Of a stretch of DNA of 64,000 bases, positions 60,343-64,000 are shown piece after piece (position 1 is the first letter of the stretch; each line of letters begins with the position of its first letter). The translations under genes were made by a program, and so were the position numbers. Location of the stretch: contig NC_068985.1 in NCBI RefSeq assembly GCF_001194135.2, forward strand, positions 77,710,389-77,774,388. Reading direction: 5' to 3'. The notes beneath the pieces were generated by a model. The model worked only from the letters and a program-made list of their open reading frames with translations. It made no database searches and was not told the DNA's origin. This stretch comes from Octopus bimaculoides. Its lineage: Eukaryota.

Positions 60343-62830
60343 CTTTGCCTTTCATCCTTTTGGGGTCGATAAATTAAGTACCAGTGAAATTCTGGGGGTC
60401 GATGTAATTGACCGGTCCCTTCCCCCAAAACTTCAGGCCTTGTGCCTATAATAGAAAGGATTATTATTATTATTATTATTTAAGGCAGTGAGCTGGCAGA
60501 ATTGTTAGCATACTGGACGAAACACTTAGCAGTATTTTGCCTGTTGCTACATTCTGAATTCAAACTCTGCTGAGGTCTACTTTGCCTTTTTTTCTCTTGG
60601 AGTCAATAAATTAAGTATCAGTGAAATACTGGGGTCGATGTAATCAACTAGTCCCCTCCTCCTAAATTTCAGGCCTTGTGCCTATAGTAGAAAGGATTAT
60701 TATTATTATTATCATCATTTAAGGCGGCGAGCTGGCAGAATCACTAGCATACTGGGCCAAATGCTGAGCGGTATTTTGTCTGCCACTGTGTTCTAAGTTC
60801 AAATTATGCATAGGTTGACTTTGCTTTCATCTTTTCGGGGCTGATAAATTAAGTACCAGTTGAGTACTGGGGTCGATATAATCAACTAGTCCCCTCCCCC
60901 AAATTTCAGGCCTTGTCACTACAGTAGAAAGGATTATTATTATTATTGCAGCAATCTGGCAGAATCATTAGCACTTCGGGCGAAATGCTTAGCGATATTT
61001 CATTTATCTTTACTTTCTGAGTTTGAATTCTGCCATGGTCAACATTGCCTTTCATCCTTTCAGGGTCGATAAGATAAGTACCAGTTGAGCACTGGTGGTG
61101 GGTGGGGGAGGTCAATGTAATCGGCTTAATCCATCCGTTGAAACTGCTGGCCTTGTGCCAAATATATTATATTCTCTTCTACACTAGGCGCAAGGCCTGA
61201 AATTTTGAGGGAGGGAAGCCAGTCGATTAGATCAACTCCAGTACGCAAATGGTACTTAATTTATCGACCCCGAAAGGATGAAAGGCAAAGCCGACTTCGG
61301 CAGAATTTGAACTCAGAACATAAAAAGACAGATGAAAATATATTATTATTATTATTATTATTAAGGTGGCAAGCTAGGAGAATTTTTAGAACGATGGAAA
61401 CAATTCCTAAAGGCATTTCTTCTTGCTTTACGTTCTTGAGTTCAAATGTCGCCTGAGGTTGTCTTTGCTTGTTTCAGAGTTGATAAAGTGAGAACCAGTT
61501 TGATGCAATCAACTAGCTCCTCCCAACAAAATTTATGGCATTGTGCCTATACAGTAATCCCTCACCATATCATGGTTCACCTATCGTGGTTTATTATTTA
61601 AGCTTACATCAATTCCTCCATGGTGTTTTGCATCTATAATAAAATAGATATATACAAATTATAAAAATAATTAAAAAAGTGTACAGCACAATAATGTTTC
61701 TACTTCATGGATTTTCACCTATCACCAGGGAGTGGGTGGTAGAACATAACACCCGCAATAGTCGAGAGATTACTGTAGCAGAAAGGATTGTTATTATTTT
61801 GAAGATAGTGAGCAGGCAGAATCATTACTGCATCAGACAAAATGTGACATTTCTTCTGACTTTATATGCATTGAATTCAAAATCCATCCAAGATCAGCTT
61901 TGCTTTTCATCCTTCCAGAATCAATAGACTCAAGTCAAATACTGAGATCAATTTAATCCACTAATCCTCACCTTCAAAATTTTGGACCCCAAAACAATTG
62001 AGGACTGGCAGAATCATTAGAGCACCAGATAAAAAAATCCAAGTAACATTTCTTCTGGCTCTCTACATCTTAAGTTCAAATCCTACTCAGATCAGTTTTG
62101 TCTTTCATCCTTCTGGAGTCGATAAAATAAAGTACTATGGGTAATACATTTGACAAGACACTCCCTAACAAATCTCAGGCCTTGTGCCGATGTTATGGTG
62201 GCAGGTAGGGTGGAATTTAGTCACAACTGTTTATGGACCAAGTTCAACTGCTTTTTATCCTTTCAGAGTTCAGTAAAATAAAATACAAGTCATGTATTGG
62301 GTTTGGTATCATTAACTGTTTCCTCCCACTAAAATGTGGGGCCTTGTGCTTATGTTGTAAGAAACTTTTTTTTCTTCTTCTAATTTTGTCAGAAGACCAG
62401 CAATTTTAAGGGGAGGGGCAAGACGATTACATGAACTCCAGTTCTTGACTATTATTTTATCAACCCCAAAGAATGAAAGGAAAAGTCAACCTAAGTATAA
62501 TTTGAACTCTGTTAGAAGAAATGGTACTAAAAATACTTCATTTTGTCTGATACCCTTACAATTCTGCCAGCTCACCATCTTATGTTAAAAACTAATATGA
62601 TAATAAGCTCAAAGTGGCAAAATGACAGAATTTTTAGCAAACTGAGCAAAATACTTTGAGATATTTTGTCTGTCTTTACATTCTGAGTTCAAATTCTGCC
62701 AGGGTCAACTTTGCCTTTTGTCCTTTTAGGAGTCAATAAAATAAGTACCAGTTGAGCAGTGGTGTCAATGCAATTGATTTACCCAACTCCCAGAAATTGC
62801 TGGCCTTGTGCCAAAATTTGAAACCAAGAT
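60343..62830. mobile_element. Cluster of about 11 GAGCTGGCAGAA-type SINE copies (9 sense, 2 antisense)
   Basis: Sense heads near 60484, 60723, 60949, 61366, 61806, 62003 and 62612; partial copies at 60343 and 62240; antisense copies at 61183-61320 and 62385-62580. Confidence 0.85.
61552..61775. mobile_element. Tigger/pogo-like MITE, short copy with TA target-site duplication, nested in a SINE tail
   Basis: TA|CAGTAATCCCTCACCATATC ... GCAATAGTCGAGAGATTACTG|TA. Confidence 0.85.
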
Positions 62831-64000
62831 TATAAGGTCAGTGAAGTAGATTTCTTTGTTCCTATTTGAGAAGATTTAAAAAGACAAAGGATTCAACACC
62901 ATTCAGATCAGTTCTTTCCTCATCTTAGATGCATTTCTCTCAGCTCACCTAACTGTATGCATTCCTATTCTGTTATATTGTCTGATTTCAGATAGTCCTG
63001 GGGTTGATTTTATCTGTAGTACCTTTGCTTTACCTATAACACCAACCACAAGGCATAATTGAAGAATTGGCCCCTTATCCACACCAACTATAGAATTTAC
63101 AGGACAGAACTCCACCATACTATCTCTTTCCCAACTGCTAAAAGATTGAGAAGATGGAGAAATTTTTCCCTAAGGAAGATAACAGGATGCCCCATGCAAT
63201 GAACTTAGTGGACAGTTGGATCCTTCCTATTCAAAGATAACTTATTGATGTAGGAATATTTGTGATCATGGAAGCAGCAAGAAATAGTAGCCAGATTCCC
63301 TTAAATCACAGCCTAGTATCTTCAAAAATGATAATGTGGTCTTACATACAAGGAGTAGGATTGGTCATGGGTCTTCTCAGTCAGGGATGATCTGGGGCTA
63401 AACAACATCCTCGATCAGGTCTGCTTGCAGGATGACAGCACTGTGAAGTCTGTGGGAATTTACTTTAATGTGACATGACTTGGGTGCCTTGTAGGGTCAG
63501 AGATTTTTCTCTGAAATAAAAGAAAAATATGATGCTCAACAGGTCTATATTGTGACTCAGAAATAATCCTTTATAGAATAAGCAAAGGAAAAAGTTCCAA
63601 CTACCTTGACTGACTACTTCATATCTGGATTATTTGTTAATTTATGTTGTTGTTTAGTAGTGTTTAGGAAAAATAATCACAATGACATTAATAAAAACTG
63701 GAAATACCAATGTTATTTGTCATCCTAATGTCAAACATCTATACAAAATACATTTAAAAATAAAATGCTGCACATACAAACAAACTCTGCAAGTGTCAAA
63801 ACATTATCATTTTCCATGCTGGCATAGATTAGGTAGTTTGACTGGAACTTGTAAGCCAGAGAGCTGTACCGGACTCCAATTTGATTTGGCATGATTTCTA
63901 CAGCTGGATACCCTTCCTAACACCAACCATTGTAAGAGTGTAGTGGGTACCTTCTACATGTCACTGGCACAGGTGCCTTTTATGCCTCACTGGCACAGTT

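Overview
AT-rich, microsatellite- and SINE-dense animal genomic DNA with many N gaps. The repeat families look like those I recall from octopods (species is inference). The only gene I can support is the 3' part of a + strand receptor protein tyrosine phosphatase of Ptp99A / R5 (PTPRG-PTPRZ1) type. I traced 16 GT-AG coding exons by hand from 8796 to the stop at 41528 (2090 nt, all splice phases compatible). They encode a transmembrane helix, a Tyr-rich juxtamembrane segment, a wedge, an intact catalytic D1 (KNRY, WPD, HCSAGVGRT, Q-loop) and a pseudophosphatase D2 (catalytic Cys replaced by Asp). The extracellular exons lie upstream of the window. The rest is introns, a probable long 3' UTR and intergenic DNA. 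It contains tRNA-derived SINEs, decayed LINE fragments (RTE, CR1/L2, Dong/R4, CRE), several MITE families and Penelope-like pieces carrying four hammerhead-ribozyme relics. The most interesting unexplained structure is a ~560 bp local inverted duplication (about 15430-15990 vs 20530-21100) that brackets two exons totalling 174 nt with phase-0 ends. This predicts a long dsRNA stem and either in-frame double-exon skipping or a stop-free circular RNA. A near-perfect 70-bp hairpin overlapping a hammerhead fold lies at 55674-55829. No rRNA, tRNA gene, CRISPR array or prokaryotic feature was found. Repeat boundaries are approximate and made by eye; family names rest on motif recall, not database searches.
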